Source of the DNA: Candidatus Babelota bacterium
GTDB taxonomy: Bacteria > Babelota > Babeliae > Babelales > JAHIUU01
Assembly: GCA_018817025.1 (NCBI GenBank)
Contig: JAHIUU010000003.1
Span: 16,854 to 80,853, forward strand
DNA length: 64,000 bases
Direction of reading: 5' to 3'
The notes below the pieces were generated by a model. The model was not told the origin of the DNA, made no database searches, and worked only from the letters and a program-made list of their open reading frames with translations. This document shows positions 52,761 to 62,928 of the stretch, piece after piece. Each line of letters begins with the position of its first letter. Positions within the stretch are counted from its first letter, which is position 1. Made by a program: the position numbers and the translations under genes.

Positions 52761-53676
52761 CGGATTGACGAGGGGGTTTGTCACGTATGCTATTGAGTCC
52801 GTTCTACAACAAACATACAAAAACTTCGAGCTTCTTATCGTTGACGACGGTTCTTCTGACGATACTCGAGAACTATGCCAAAAATATCTTGCTGACCATC
52901 GTGTAACCTATCTGCATCAAAAAAATAGTGGAGTTTCGGCCGCTCGTAATCATGGTATTAAGAAAAGTTCTGGCGACTATATTGCTTTTCTCGATGACGA
53001 TGATAGTTGGCTACCAGAAAAACTTGAAAAGCAACTTTCTTTTGTTGAAAATCTTTGCGATTCGCAATTTGGGTTGTGCTACACAGCGTTAGAATTTATG
53101 ACGAAAGACGGAAGAAAGACTGGGATTATACAGTCACATCATGCAGAGAAAAATATTTTTAGAGAGATGCTGTATGAAAATATAGTCGATTGTACCTCTT
53201 CAGTACTTGTCCCACGAAGTGTTCTGGATGATGTTGGCTTATTTCAAGAGCATTTATCTTATGCAGAAGATTATGACTTATGGCTTAGAATAGCGAAGAA
53301 GTATCATATTTATTCGATTGACGAGCCGTTAGCTTTATATCGAGAGCATAGCAATAAGCTGTCATCAAATCTGGAAAAAATGGAATTTTATGCTTTGGTC
53401 GTTACGTTTCACGCTTTACAAGATGCTGAATTAATAGATAAAAATCACGTCTTTAACTACATATATAAAAGTCGGGCAGCGTATCGGTTTTGGCTAGGTG
53501 ATTATGATGTTTTTCGTCGCTATGTTCGATTTGCAAAAACGTACGGGCCACTTGGTGTCGTTTTGCGTTTGCGCTTTATGGTCTCGTATGCCCCGTGGTT
53601 TATTCATGGTGTTCGACGGGTAAAAAAATATTTTACTCGTCTCGTTATTTTTTTAATCTTGGGGTCTTGCTTATAA
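52711..53676 (+). CDS. Family 2 glycosyltransferase
   Basis: 'ISVVLPTYNG', 'ELLIVDDGSSDDT' and 'YIAFLDDDD'. Confidence 0.85.
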   Translation: MVVNGAPKISVVLPTYNGLTRGFVTYAIESVLQQTYKNFELLIVDDGSSDDTRELCQKYLADHRVTYLHQKNSGVSAARNHGIKKSSGDYIAFLDDDDSWLPEKLEKQLSFVENLCDSQFGLCYTALEFMTKDGRKTGIIQSHHAEKNIFREMLYENIVDCTSSVLVPRSVLDDVGLFQEHLSYAEDYDLWLRIAKKYHIYSIDEPLALYREHSNKLSSNLEKMEFYALVVTFHALQDAELIDKNHVFNYIYKSRAAYRFWLGDYDVFRRYVRFAKTYGPLGVVLRLRFMVSYAPWFIHGVRRVKKYFTRLVIFLILGSCL

Positions 53677-54593
53677 AAATATTCTTGTGGCCAGAGAGTT
53701 GTTTTTGGTTTTGGTTTTGATATGTCTGTTTGGGGGCAAAGTTTAGCCAGTCTTGGGAAAATATTATATTTATTAAGTACAAGCTTTTTTGCTTGTTCGA
53801 GCGTTTCTATCGATTGTTCGTATGTATTACCTGTGATTACTTGTTCGATAACTTTAAACGCCTGTTCTGGCTTATTAATATCTATTTTGGTAAGAGATTT
53901 TTTTGGAAAATAGTCGTGAATGTTTGGACAGCCATAGTAGATTGGGTGTGACTGGGCAAGATACGAGTCAGAGAGCTTTTCTGTCCAGTAGTGCTCAATA
54001 AAACTATTTTCTAGTGCAATATGGTATTTGTACGGGGCGATAGCGTCCCATTTATCGATAATCGGGTTACGCCCGCGGCCGTAAAAATCGATTCGATCAC
54101 CAAATTTTTCTTGTAACTTTTGTATGAATAGCAGGCGTTTCTTGTGTTCTGTCGTAAAAACTTTATCTGAGCAGATAACAGAAACAAGTTTTGTTTTGGG
54201 GAGTTTTGTTGTTTTTGTAAGCTCACGATAACTTTTCGAAAAAATTTCTTTTGGTGGCTGATAGCCGATCATCCATGGCAGGCTTAGATGTGAAACAATC
54301 GCATTTGGGTGTGATACGTTTGGGTGACAGGTGATAATTGTTTGAAATTGGGCAAGAAACTTGGGATGGTATGTCTTGATTGTCGGCGGTTCGCCTGTTA
54401 TTAAAACAGTGTTTTCTTTTGGGCAAGAGCTGTGTTCTTGTTTTGTTAGGTTCTCGTAGACAACCCAGTAATCACACGACTTACCTTCATGATTACAAAT
54501 AAACGTGTGCTCTCCCCACGTCCCATCTCGATTTGGGGTTTGCCTAATCCAGTCCCACTTGGGACAGCATGAGCTTAATTTAACCGTAATCAT
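53604..54593 (-). CDS. GT10 (alpha-1,3/4-fucosyltransferase)-like glycosyltransferase
   Basis: 'YKYHIALENSFIEHYWTEKLSDSYLAQSHPIYYGCPNIHDYFP' matches the GT10 'FENS...Y.TEK...P.Y.G' core. Upstream is 'KLVSVICSDK....R..FIQKL'. Confidence 0.6.
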   Translation of the reverse strand: MITVKLSSCCPKWDWIRQTPNRDGTWGEHTFICNHEGKSCDYWVVYENLTKQEHSSCPKENTVLITGEPPTIKTYHPKFLAQFQTIITCHPNVSHPNAIVSHLSLPWMIGYQPPKEIFSKSYRELTKTTKLPKTKLVSVICSDKVFTTEHKKRLLFIQKLQEKFGDRIDFYGRGRNPIIDKWDAIAPYKYHIALENSFIEHYWTEKLSDSYLAQSHPIYYGCPNIHDYFPKKSLTKIDINKPEQAFKVIEQVITGNTYEQSIETLEQAKKLVLNKYNIFPRLAKLCPQTDISKPKPKTTLWPQEYFYKQDPKIKKITRRVKYFFTRRTP

Positions 54594-55756
54594 GGTTGCT
54601 TTCTAAACACGTTTTCAAACACCATTTCGAATCGTTTGTGCCAGGTGTGGTCTTTTAGGCAGCGAGCTTGTCCGGCACGACGAATCTTTTCTCTTTGATT
54701 ATCATGTTTTAAATAATATTTTATTTTGTCGACCAGATCGTTTTTGTTGTGATAACAGACGATTTCTTTGCCAATTTCAAAGAACTCTTCCAGTTCTTGC
54801 ATATATTCGGTCATATAGAAGCCGCCAGCCATGGGGACCTCGAAGTCGCGTAGGCGAATCTGCATGATTCGATTTTTTTTCAGATGGGTTTCGCCGCAGG
54901 TCGACAATCCAAGATTTATTTTCGATTGGCTGTACAGTTTTATCATCTTTTGATCAGACAGGATGTTGCCAATAATTTTTTTAGGCAATATTGGGGGGCT
55001 AGGGGAGAAGAGCGTTCGATAGAATTTGTTTTTTAAAATATAGAGTCCCTCTCGTGAAAATAGCTTTTTTAGTTTTAATAGATAGCTTTTTTTAGTTTGT
55101 TTTTGATCTAAGACTGATTGCTCTGTATACAGGTCCCAGTTAATTCCCCAGACACGAACGTCAATCCCGTTATCGAGAAGGTGTTTTATATAGTTGGGGC
55201 GATCACCGTAGGCCTGGCCAACGAATGTGACATCGAATTTTTGTTGGCACTGGTGTGATTTATAAATATTGGGGTTAGTAGCTTCTTGACAGTAGATTGG
55301 CGTAGCCCCTAACTTTTTATAATCGTTCAGTCGAAATTTTTCTGGCACGAGACAGTAGTCATAATGGGGGGATATTTGTGATACGAGATTGAGTTGATAT
55401 GAGCCATTGCAATACCAGTTGACTGTTTTGATGCCCATCGATTTTATTTCATCAATTGTTTCAGGCAAGATGCAGGCGTCGAAAAAGTAGCTAAAAAACA
55501 GATCGATTTTCTTGTTGTCATGTGCCTGTTTTATTTGTGTTAATAGTTCTTGTGAAATTTTTGGACGATTTGTTTTAATAAAAAACTTTTGTTTTGGGTA
55601 AGCTGGATTGAGATTTTGAAACGTTTTTCTCAGGTCATACTCAAATTCGACGACATCATGCCCTAGATCAATCAGGGGCAAATATAGATTGTTTCTCCAG
55701 AGGTTTGATTCAAAAGAGGAATTGGGGGTGGTGTCTGAGGCGTAGAAGATTCTCAT
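54590..55756 (-). CDS. CgeB-family (GT1-like) glycosyltransferase
   Basis: C-terminal 'RLRDFEVPMAGGFYMTEY..ELEEFFEIGKEIVCY.NKNDLVDKIKYYLKHDNQREKIRRAGQARCLKDHTWHKRF'. Confidence 0.6.
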   Translation of the reverse strand: MRIFYASDTTPNSSFESNLWRNNLYLPLIDLGHDVVEFEYDLRKTFQNLNPAYPKQKFFIKTNRPKISQELLTQIKQAHDNKKIDLFFSYFFDACILPETIDEIKSMGIKTVNWYCNGSYQLNLVSQISPHYDYCLVPEKFRLNDYKKLGATPIYCQEATNPNIYKSHQCQQKFDVTFVGQAYGDRPNYIKHLLDNGIDVRVWGINWDLYTEQSVLDQKQTKKSYLLKLKKLFSREGLYILKNKFYRTLFSPSPPILPKKIIGNILSDQKMIKLYSQSKINLGLSTCGETHLKKNRIMQIRLRDFEVPMAGGFYMTEYMQELEEFFEIGKEIVCYHNKNDLVDKIKYYLKHDNQREKIRRAGQARCLKDHTWHKRFEMVFENVFRKQP

Positions 55757-56352
55757 GGTGATGTCTTTTTTGCTGGGGTACCAACGTATGTACCTGGTTC
55801 GGTGATGTTTTTGATGACCGTCGCTCCAGCACCAATAGTAACATTTGAGCAGATAGAAAGGCCATCAATTATTGTGGCGCCAGCACCAACAAAGACGATG
55901 TTTCCGACTGTTGTTTTTCCTGAGATGGTTGCTTTGGGGGCGATATGGCAGTGTTTTCCTATGATCGTATCGTGTTCGATTATAGCACCAGTATTGATAA
56001 TTGTGTTGTCTCCTATGATTGTGGCTGGTCCAATATGACAAAAGTTTCCCACGAAACATCCCCTCCCAATAGTTGCTTTTTTACTGACGTATGACAAAGG
56101 AGATTGTATGGAAATGAGTTTTTTTGGCCCTACACTTTCGTAAATAGTTTTTCTTTTTTTATTATCTCCAATTGTGATTATAGATTGATGTTTTATAGTT
56201 TGCATTGGTTTGCCGCTGGAGAATTCCCAGGCTAAAAAGTTGATTTGTATGAATGGATGTATGAGATTAATTATATCGGCGACACTTTTTGCATGGCCTC
56301 CAAAGCCTATAAGAACGATTGTTTCGGTTTTATCAAACTGTTTTTTGAGCAT
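55753..56352 (-). CDS. NeuD/PglD-family sugar N/O-acetyltransferase (hexapeptide)
   Basis: N-terminal 'IVLIGFGGHAKSVADII' followed by a left-handed beta-helix of hexapeptide repeats. Confidence 0.75.
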   Translation of the reverse strand: MLKKQFDKTETIVLIGFGGHAKSVADIINLIHPFIQINFLAWEFSSGKPMQTIKHQSIITIGDNKKRKTIYESVGPKKLISIQSPLSYVSKKATIGRGCFVGNFCHIGPATIIGDNTIINTGAIIEHDTIIGKHCHIAPKATISGKTTVGNIVFVGAGATIIDGLSICSNVTIGAGATVIKNITEPGTYVGTPAKKTSP

Positions 56353-57463
56353 GATAGTTTGTTTTTTGGACCATAAAAAACTGGGTGATTGTTGTACAAA
56401 TAAAAACTATTTCTTTTTTTGTTAAACCTGGCCAGCTTGGCAGATTGATTCCTCGATTGCTTAGGTCTTGGGCGACTGGGTAGTGCTCGAGGTTGTTTTC
56501 GTTATACATGGGCATGGTGTGGATTGGGTAAAAAAGTGGCCTGGTTTCGATGCCGTTTAGCGTCAATTTTTTTCGCAAGTCTTCTTTTAGAGATTTGTTT
56601 TCGACGAGAATAGAAAACATCCAGTACGAATGATAAGTATGGCTTGCTTGTTTATGATGCTCTATAGGGAGGTAATTTAGTTCTTGTTTGTACAGGGTCG
56701 CTATTGTTTGTTTTTGTTTGAGTACCTGAGTAATATTTTCTAGTTGCGCAAGGCCGATTGCTGCGCAAATGTTTGTCATTCGGTAGTTGTATCCGACTAT
56801 GTCATGCCAGTATTCTTGTTTTTCTGTGAGTCCTTGCCCTTTAAGCTTTTGCACTTTTGCGTATAATGATCGGCTATTGGTAACTACCATGCCACCTTCA
56901 CCTGTTGTGATAGTTTTGTTTCCATAAAAACTATATGCTGCTATATCTCCGAATGTTCCAACGTGTTTGTTTTTGTACTGGGTTCCTAGCGCCTCAGCAC
57001 AGTCTTCGATCAATAAGAGATTGTGTTTATTTGCGAGCGCAACTAGTTTTTCCATATCACATGGATGGCCGTAAAGATGGACAGCCATAATCGCTTTTGT
57101 TCGATGAGTTATTTTTTTTGCAACATCAATAGGGTCCATTTGCCAGGTGTCTTGAAGTGAGTCAACAAATACAGGAGTTGCGTCTGTATACGTGATTGCG
57201 TTGACTGAGGCGATGTAGGTTAGTGTTGGAACAATAACCTCATCTCCTTTGCCAATGTCTAACGCAAGAAGAGCAGCATGAAGGGCACACGTTCCATTGC
57301 AAATGCTTGAGGCGTATTGTATGCCGGTGTATTTGGCAAATTTTCTTTCAAATGTTGTAACAAAATCTCCTTTGGAAGAGATCCAATTTGAATCGAGGCA
57401 TTGATTTACGTATAGTTTTTCGTTGCCGTAAAGAGAGGGTTGATAGACCGGTATTTTTTTCAT
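56333..57463 (-). CDS. DegT/DnrJ/EryC1/StrS-family sugar aminotransferase
   Basis: 'IPVYQPSLYGNEKLYVNQCLDSNWISSKG', 'NGTCALHAALLAL', 'DEVIVPTLTYIASVNAI' and 'SFYGNKTITTGEGG' (PLP Lys). Confidence 0.85.
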   Translation of the reverse strand: MKKIPVYQPSLYGNEKLYVNQCLDSNWISSKGDFVTTFERKFAKYTGIQYASSICNGTCALHAALLALDIGKGDEVIVPTLTYIASVNAITYTDATPVFVDSLQDTWQMDPIDVAKKITHRTKAIMAVHLYGHPCDMEKLVALANKHNLLLIEDCAEALGTQYKNKHVGTFGDIAAYSFYGNKTITTGEGGMVVTNSRSLYAKVQKLKGQGLTEKQEYWHDIVGYNYRMTNICAAIGLAQLENITQVLKQKQTIATLYKQELNYLPIEHHKQASHTYHSYWMFSILVENKSLKEDLRKKLTLNGIETRPLFYPIHTMPMYNENNLEHYPVAQDLSNRGINLPSWPGLTKKEIVFICTTITQFFMVQKTNYHAQKTV

Positions 57464-58401
57464 AATTTTCCAATCAATTTTTTTGCCAAATTAATTGGGC
57501 GCAACAGTTTCTTTTGAAGTTTGCCTTTTGCTATGAAAGCTATCGTTTTTGGGGTTATCGAGTGGACAGAAAGGAATTGTTCTGCTGTTTTGCCTTCATC
57601 AACATATTCTTTGTTTTTTGTTGCCCCGGGATTTTTGCCTGCAGGCCAATTAAAAACCGGATTCCATTTTTTATAAAACGTTTCGATGTCCTGATTTGAT
57701 TCGTTTTTACTTCTGACGCCGACGTTTGCGTAGTTATAATGTTCAACATATGAATTTGGCGAATCACCGCAGACGTATCCCTTTTGGTCTAAGCGGAGGC
57801 ATAGATCGGTGTCAGCGTTGTAGAACTGGTATGTTTTTTCGTCGATGTAGTCGATTTCTTCGAGAGCTTTTCTTAGATACATACCGTGATTAACAAATAT
57901 CTTGTCGAACACTTGTAGAACATGATAGGTGTTGTTTTTTGCCCAATTTTTTTGCAGGAGTGGGAGGTTGCGCCAATAAAACGCAAGGGCCCCAATTTTT
58001 TCTTGATTTTTTAGTTTTGCTTCAAAAAGTTTGTATCCATTTGCGATGGCGTTTGGTACGAGCAAGCAGTCGTCGCTGACCATGCAGACATATTTTCCAT
58101 GGCTACACTTGAATGCGAGATTCATGAAGTATCCCCAGGAACGACGAGTGATTGGTTTATTTTGCCAAGCGCCTCGATTATGTTGGATTATAGAGATAAT
58201 ATCTTTTTGCTGGGTGAGCCATGGGATGGTTTCATCTGTTGATCCACCATCTACGACAATAATTTCTGCCGGAAGTACGAAGCGTTTGAGTTCTTCCCGA
58301 ATATTTTTGATGGTAAGCTTTAAGAAATCATATCGATTATAGGTTCCTAAAACGATTGATATTTGTGGAGAGAGATTAAGATTGTTTTTGTTTTGCATCA
58401 T
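57460..58401 (-). CDS. Family 2 glycosyltransferase (copy a)
   Basis: 'ISIVLGTYNRYDFLKLTI', 'IIVVDGGSTDET' and 'SDDCLLVPNAI'. It is a paralogue of 62020-62925. Confidence 0.8.
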   Translation of the reverse strand: MMQNKNNLNLSPQISIVLGTYNRYDFLKLTIKNIREELKRFVLPAEIIVVDGGSTDETIPWLTQQKDIISIIQHNRGAWQNKPITRRSWGYFMNLAFKCSHGKYVCMVSDDCLLVPNAIANGYKLFEAKLKNQEKIGALAFYWRNLPLLQKNWAKNNTYHVLQVFDKIFVNHGMYLRKALEEIDYIDEKTYQFYNADTDLCLRLDQKGYVCGDSPNSYVEHYNYANVGVRSKNESNQDIETFYKKWNPVFNWPAGKNPGATKNKEYVDEGKTAEQFLSVHSITPKTIAFIAKGKLQKKLLRPINLAKKLIGKL

Positions 58402-59653
58402 ACAAATCTCTTCTTTTATTGTGCGAGACTAACGCAAAGCTTATTGCTTGCAATAGGGCTATGCCGAGTTTTTCACAAGACGCTTCCCGTATTTTTATTA
58501 ATTCTTCTATCGTTGCTTTTGTAGGACTTTTCTCAAGTATAGATGCCATTTTTTTTGCAAGGCCATGAGCGTTTTCTTTTTCAAAGAAAAACAGCCTTTC
58601 TGCTGAGATTTCCTTGTTAACAGGAATTGCTGAGACGATTGCTGGAACTCCAAGCGCAACGGCGTCATAGGTGCTTCCGCCTCCAGGACCCCCTTCAAAT
58701 AGCGTTGGCTGCAGAAGAGCAATCGACTGTTTTAGTAAAGCAATTTGGTCTTTTTTTGGAATATGCCCAAGTATGTGGATTTTTTCTGTAAGACCAAGCT
58801 GTTCGATCTTTTTTTGAAGCTGATCAAAGTAAGTTGGTTGTCGATAGTCATAAGTATGCCCGGTGCAAACAAGATGGATACCTGTGTGTTGGTACTGCAT
58901 GTGAAGAATTTTTAGCGCTTTGAACGCTGTTTCGTGGGATTTGTGGACCCAGAATTGGTTTGAAATGATGAAGTATGGGTTGGTAATATTGTATTTTTGT
59001 AAAACGGTATTGGAAGAATATGTGAGCCAGTTTTGGGGGGCGATTGGTGCGAATGGGAGAGTAAATATTTTAGTATGATCTTGTTGTGGGAACTGTTTTA
59101 TAATGTCGGTTTTTACTGTTTTTGCGTTAACGATAATTGCGGGAGCTTTTTTTATGAGCGATAAGAAACCGTTATCTCGGGCTATTCGTTCTTCTTTGCT
59201 AAATAAGTGGGGTAAATATTTGTGTTGAAAGTCAAAAATATAACCGACCCAAGGAGTTGTGTGGTCGTTGGGAGGCGGTGACATAAGTGGTAAGACAACA
59301 TCAATTTTGTTGTCAGACAAACTTTGTTTAAGATTGTCTTGATGGTTGTAAGTAACGAAGGTTATTTTTTCAGGGCTAATTTCTTGAAAATAATCAAGCA
59401 TTTGTTTGTGGTTAAGGAATTGACTTGTTGGGGGGGTATATCGAATTAGTTTTTTTATATACAGCTTTATTTTTGACTTGAAAGAGGGGTTCGGTGCGTG
59501 AAAGAAAAGTTTTATAGAAATAGGATTGAGACTGCTTTTTTTTACGAGTGCGGTGACAAATAGTCTGAGCAGCTCCGTTCCCCCTGCCCATGAAAGGGTG
59601 CATAAAATAGCGATATTTGTTTTTTTTGTTTTGAGACTATTTCGTTGCTTCAC
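58376..59653 (-). CDS. GT1/GT4-type glycosyltransferase
   Basis: C-terminal GT-B motif 'LLQPTLFEGGPGGGSTYDAVALGVPAIVS'. Confidence 0.65.
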   Translation of the reverse strand: MKQRNSLKTKKTNIAILCTLSWAGGTELLRLFVTALVKKSSLNPISIKLFFHAPNPSFKSKIKLYIKKLIRYTPPTSQFLNHKQMLDYFQEISPEKITFVTYNHQDNLKQSLSDNKIDVVLPLMSPPPNDHTTPWVGYIFDFQHKYLPHLFSKEERIARDNGFLSLIKKAPAIIVNAKTVKTDIIKQFPQQDHTKIFTLPFAPIAPQNWLTYSSNTVLQKYNITNPYFIISNQFWVHKSHETAFKALKILHMQYQHTGIHLVCTGHTYDYRQPTYFDQLQKKIEQLGLTEKIHILGHIPKKDQIALLKQSIALLQPTLFEGGPGGGSTYDAVALGVPAIVSAIPVNKEISAERLFFFEKENAHGLAKKMASILEKSPTKATIEELIKIREASCEKLGIALLQAISFALVSHNKRRDLYDAKQKQS

Positions 59654-61022
59654 AATGCTCCAGTTTTAAAACCTCATGATAATAATTTATTTGTTTGGTT
59701 ACTTGTTTTTGTATGTCAAATCGATCGTGTGCATCTTTGACAGCATTTTGTGCCATCGCATCACGTAAGTTTTTATTGTTTAATAAAAGCATAATTTTTT
59801 TAGCCAGATCGATGTGATCTTTATGTTTATACAGTAAGCCTGTGTTTTCTGTAATTTGTTCTGGTACCCCGCCAATACTTGTTCCTATAACAGGTGTTCC
59901 ACAGGCAAGGGCTTCCAGGATTGTTGTGGGGAAGTTGTCGGCGTTAGTTGCGTGAACTAAAAGGTCTGCGGCTTGATAGAAGGAAACGAGTTCTTTTCTA
60001 TTGCTTATGTAATTAACAAATTGTATCGTAACGTTGTTTTTCATGGTTATGGAGTCGCTTTCTCCTGTGCAAATCAACAGAATCGGTTTCGTTGTGGTTT
60101 TGTTTTCTGCTATGAATAATAAAGCTTTTTTTAGTGTTTCATAGTCTTTAAAGGGGTTTCTCTTTGCTTGATTTGCAACAAAAAGAAGAATGTGGGAGTC
60201 TCGAGCGAGTTTCGTTTTTTTTCTTGCTGCTATTTTATTTCCGGATCTGAACAGTGTAAGATCGATTCCATTATGAATAACGTTACTTGTTTTGATTCCC
60301 TGCGCAAGTACAGACTGCTTTGCTCTATCCATGAGCCATTGGGATGGGGTGATTAGGTGTAGCTTGCTGTTTATGTAGATGGTTTCTTTTTGCTTGAGGT
60401 TGTATCTGGTTGTGTCGCGCCATAGCGGGTCGTATGTTGAGAGGTTTGTGCAGTTGTCGCAGCCAGATTTCCATTTTTCGCAGTCAAGAGTACAGGCGCA
60501 ATGCCCGGTAAACATCCATTCGTCATGGAGCGTCAAAAAGACAGGTGTTTTTTTGCTTAGTTCTGGAAGTATGCTCAAATCAAAATAGCGTCCATGTAAA
60601 TTGTGTCCGTGAATAATGTCCGGGAAAGGGGATAGGTTTTCGAAGAAATTGCGGGTTCCTGGGTAGTTTTCGAAGTTTTCGATACCACGTAAGTTTTTCA
60701 GTAAACATGACGGCCTACCAATATTATACAAAAAATTAGTGAAACGACCGGCGCCCTTTACTTTTCCTACGTATTTTTTTGTTTGCCGACATAAAAAAAA
60801 GAACGCCTGTTCCCATAGGTTTTTTGCGTCGGTATAAGTATTTCGGGGAATCTGAAGAAAATTTTGTTTGCTGGGGTGTGGGCAGCTGGTTGCGATTTTT
60901 GATGGATATCCTCTTTGGCAGAGTTCTTCAAATAGTCCAACTGCGATTCCCGATGCCCCTCCATGGGTGGCTCCTGCGTTGATTTGTAAGATGTACGGGT
61001 TTTTATTTTTTGTATTATTCAT
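59637..61022 (-). CDS. Family 4 glycosyltransferase (copy a)
   Basis: 'FPTTILEALACGTPVIGTSIGGVPEQI' and a Cys-rich insert 'HCACTLDCEKWKSGCDNCTNL'. The ATG at 61022 forms an ATGA overlap with the upstream stop; the track ORF starts at 61112. Confidence 0.8.
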   Translation of the reverse strand: MNNTKNKNPYILQINAGATHGGASGIAVGLFEELCQRGYPSKIATSCPHPSKQNFLQIPRNTYTDAKNLWEQAFFFLCRQTKKYVGKVKGAGRFTNFLYNIGRPSCLLKNLRGIENFENYPGTRNFFENLSPFPDIIHGHNLHGRYFDLSILPELSKKTPVFLTLHDEWMFTGHCACTLDCEKWKSGCDNCTNLSTYDPLWRDTTRYNLKQKETIYINSKLHLITPSQWLMDRAKQSVLAQGIKTSNVIHNGIDLTLFRSGNKIAARKKTKLARDSHILLFVANQAKRNPFKDYETLKKALLFIAENKTTTKPILLICTGESDSITMKNNVTIQFVNYISNRKELVSFYQAADLLVHATNADNFPTTILEALACGTPVIGTSIGGVPEQITENTGLLYKHKDHIDLAKKIMLLLNNKNLRDAMAQNAVKDAHDRFDIQKQVTKQINYYHEVLKLEHCEATK

Positions 61023-62023
61023 ATCTTTTGGCGTAAAAGCTTCTTTTTTCCAAGCGTATATAGCTTTTTCAATCGAGGAAACTTTTTTGTGAGCACTTTT
61101 TTTGTTTGCCATATAATACTAGGGGTGGTTTTTATTTGAAAGATATTGTTCATCACCCAAAGTTCATCTTTCTTATCAGGTGTTATAAATAGAGGGTGAA
61201 CAATATTTTCGGTATCTATTTCTTCAGTTGGTCTGTTGCCTGAAGTTAGGTCTTCTTGTTTTGTATGTGTTGCGTCAGGCCTGAACCCTATGTTGCTTAT
61301 GAGATTTTTACATGGAGTTATAGAGAGTCCATTTTGACTAAGTATTGTGTAAGTCCATTGGAAATCCCAGATTGTTATTTTGGATAAATCATGTGCGTAG
61401 TGGTAGAATTCTTGAAATGTCCATAGCCATGATTCCTGAAGAGTTTCTTCGGTGAAAATGTTTTTTATAATATTGTTTTTTTTGAAGTTGGGAAATGATT
61501 GGAGAAGAAAGTCATATTTTTTCCATGCCCGTGCCCATGTCGCCCACCCCCATATTCGTGGGATACGAGTGAAATAATAATCGCTTGCTATATCGCTTTT
61601 TATTAGATTTTGGGATGAAGTGCCGCCAATGTGAAAAATTCGAGTATCATGTTTGTAATAATCGAGCATGGACTGACAAAAATAAAAAAAAGATTGGTTT
61701 GGTAGACAATCATCTTCAAGAATAATCCCCTGGTCGACATGATCAAAAAACCAGGTTATTGCTTGACTGGGCGCTATGCCACAGCCAAGGTTTTTGTCTT
61801 GCAAAAGTGTTTTGAGTTCACATGGCCAATTGATTTGTTTAATAATTTCTCTTGCTTGTGCGCATAGTTTGGTATCAGTCTGGCATTCTGGTCGTGGCCC
61901 GTCAGCAGCGATAAATAATGTTTTTGGTTTAATTTTTTTTATCTGATCAAACACTTTTTGTGTTGTGTCCGGACGGTTAAAGAGTATAAATAAAATGGGG
62001 GTGTTGAAATGATCTTGGTTCAT
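61019..62023 (-). CDS. GT-A-fold nucleotide-diphospho-sugar transferase (HlpA-like family)
   Basis: 'PILFILFNRPDTTQKVFDQIKKIKPKTLFIAADGPR' and 'GIILEDDCLP'. Confidence 0.6.
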   Translation of the reverse strand: MNQDHFNTPILFILFNRPDTTQKVFDQIKKIKPKTLFIAADGPRPECQTDTKLCAQAREIIKQINWPCELKTLLQDKNLGCGIAPSQAITWFFDHVDQGIILEDDCLPNQSFFYFCQSMLDYYKHDTRIFHIGGTSSQNLIKSDIASDYYFTRIPRIWGWATWARAWKKYDFLLQSFPNFKKNNIIKNIFTEETLQESWLWTFQEFYHYAHDLSKITIWDFQWTYTILSQNGLSITPCKNLISNIGFRPDATHTKQEDLTSGNRPTEEIDTENIVHPLFITPDKKDELWVMNNIFQIKTTPSIIWQTKKVLTKKFPRLKKLYTLGKKKLLRQKI

Positions 62024-62925
62024 GGTTTATTACTTGTAAAAAGTTTTTTATATATGTTGAGCACTCTGTTTTTCCGTCTTATTATGATATCTTTTACTAA
62101 AAGTGACCAAAACTCAAAATTAGTAAAGTGTGCATGGGTAAACTGTTTTACCGTTTGATTAGGATCGAGATACTCTTTTTCTTTGCACGAAAATGAGCAT
62201 TTGTTTTCCGGCCAGCCAAACACAGGTGCCCATTTTTTATTAAATGTTTCTTGATCTAGGCGATTAGAATTTTCTTGTTTTTGCTTTATATTTGCGTGAA
62301 AATAATGTTCGACGTATGAATTCGGTGCTTCCAGACAGCTATAACCTTTCTGGAGCATGCGAAAGCATAGGTCGGTGTCCGCGGCGTAAAAAGAGTACTT
62401 TTCTTCGTCGATATAGCTTACCTCTTCGAGTGCTTTTTTTAGATACATGCCGTGATTGACATAAGTCCGATCGAAGTTTTGCAGGACGTTATATCTGTTC
62501 TCTTTTGTCCAGTTGTGGTAGTGAAATGGAATGTTGCGCCAGTAAAAAGCGAGCGACCCGACTTTTTCTTGATTTTGCAACTTTTCTTCAAAAAATTTAT
62601 ATCCGTTGACGATGGCATTTGGGACAAGTAGGCAGTCGTCGCTTATCATGCAGATATACTTCCCCTGTGCAGACTTAAACCCAAGGTTCATGAAGTAGCC
62701 CCAGGATCGACGATTGGGCTTTTGGTTGTATTGGATCGTTGAAATAATATCTTTTTGTTTTGTGAGCCATTTAATAGTTCTGTCGGTTGAACCGCCGTCT
62801 ATTACTATAATCTCCGACGGTATGGCAAGACGCTTGAGTTCTTCTCGAACGCTTTTGATTGTGAGCTTTAAGAACTTGTAGCGATTGAGTGAGCCAAGAA
62901 CAACAGAAACTATTGGTTTTTGCAT
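62020..62925 (-). CDS. Family 2 glycosyltransferase (copy b)
   Basis: 'VSVVLGSLNRYKFLKLTI', 'IIVIDGGSTDRT' and 'SDDCLLVPNAI'. It is a paralogue of 57460-58401. Confidence 0.8.
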   Translation of the reverse strand: MQKPIVSVVLGSLNRYKFLKLTIKSVREELKRLAIPSEIIVIDGGSTDRTIKWLTKQKDIISTIQYNQKPNRRSWGYFMNLGFKSAQGKYICMISDDCLLVPNAIVNGYKFFEEKLQNQEKVGSLAFYWRNIPFHYHNWTKENRYNVLQNFDRTYVNHGMYLKKALEEVSYIDEEKYSFYAADTDLCFRMLQKGYSCLEAPNSYVEHYFHANIKQKQENSNRLDQETFNKKWAPVFGWPENKCSFSCKEKEYLDPNQTVKQFTHAHFTNFEFWSLLVKDIIIRRKNRVLNIYKKLFTSNKP

Positions 62926-62928
62926 AAG

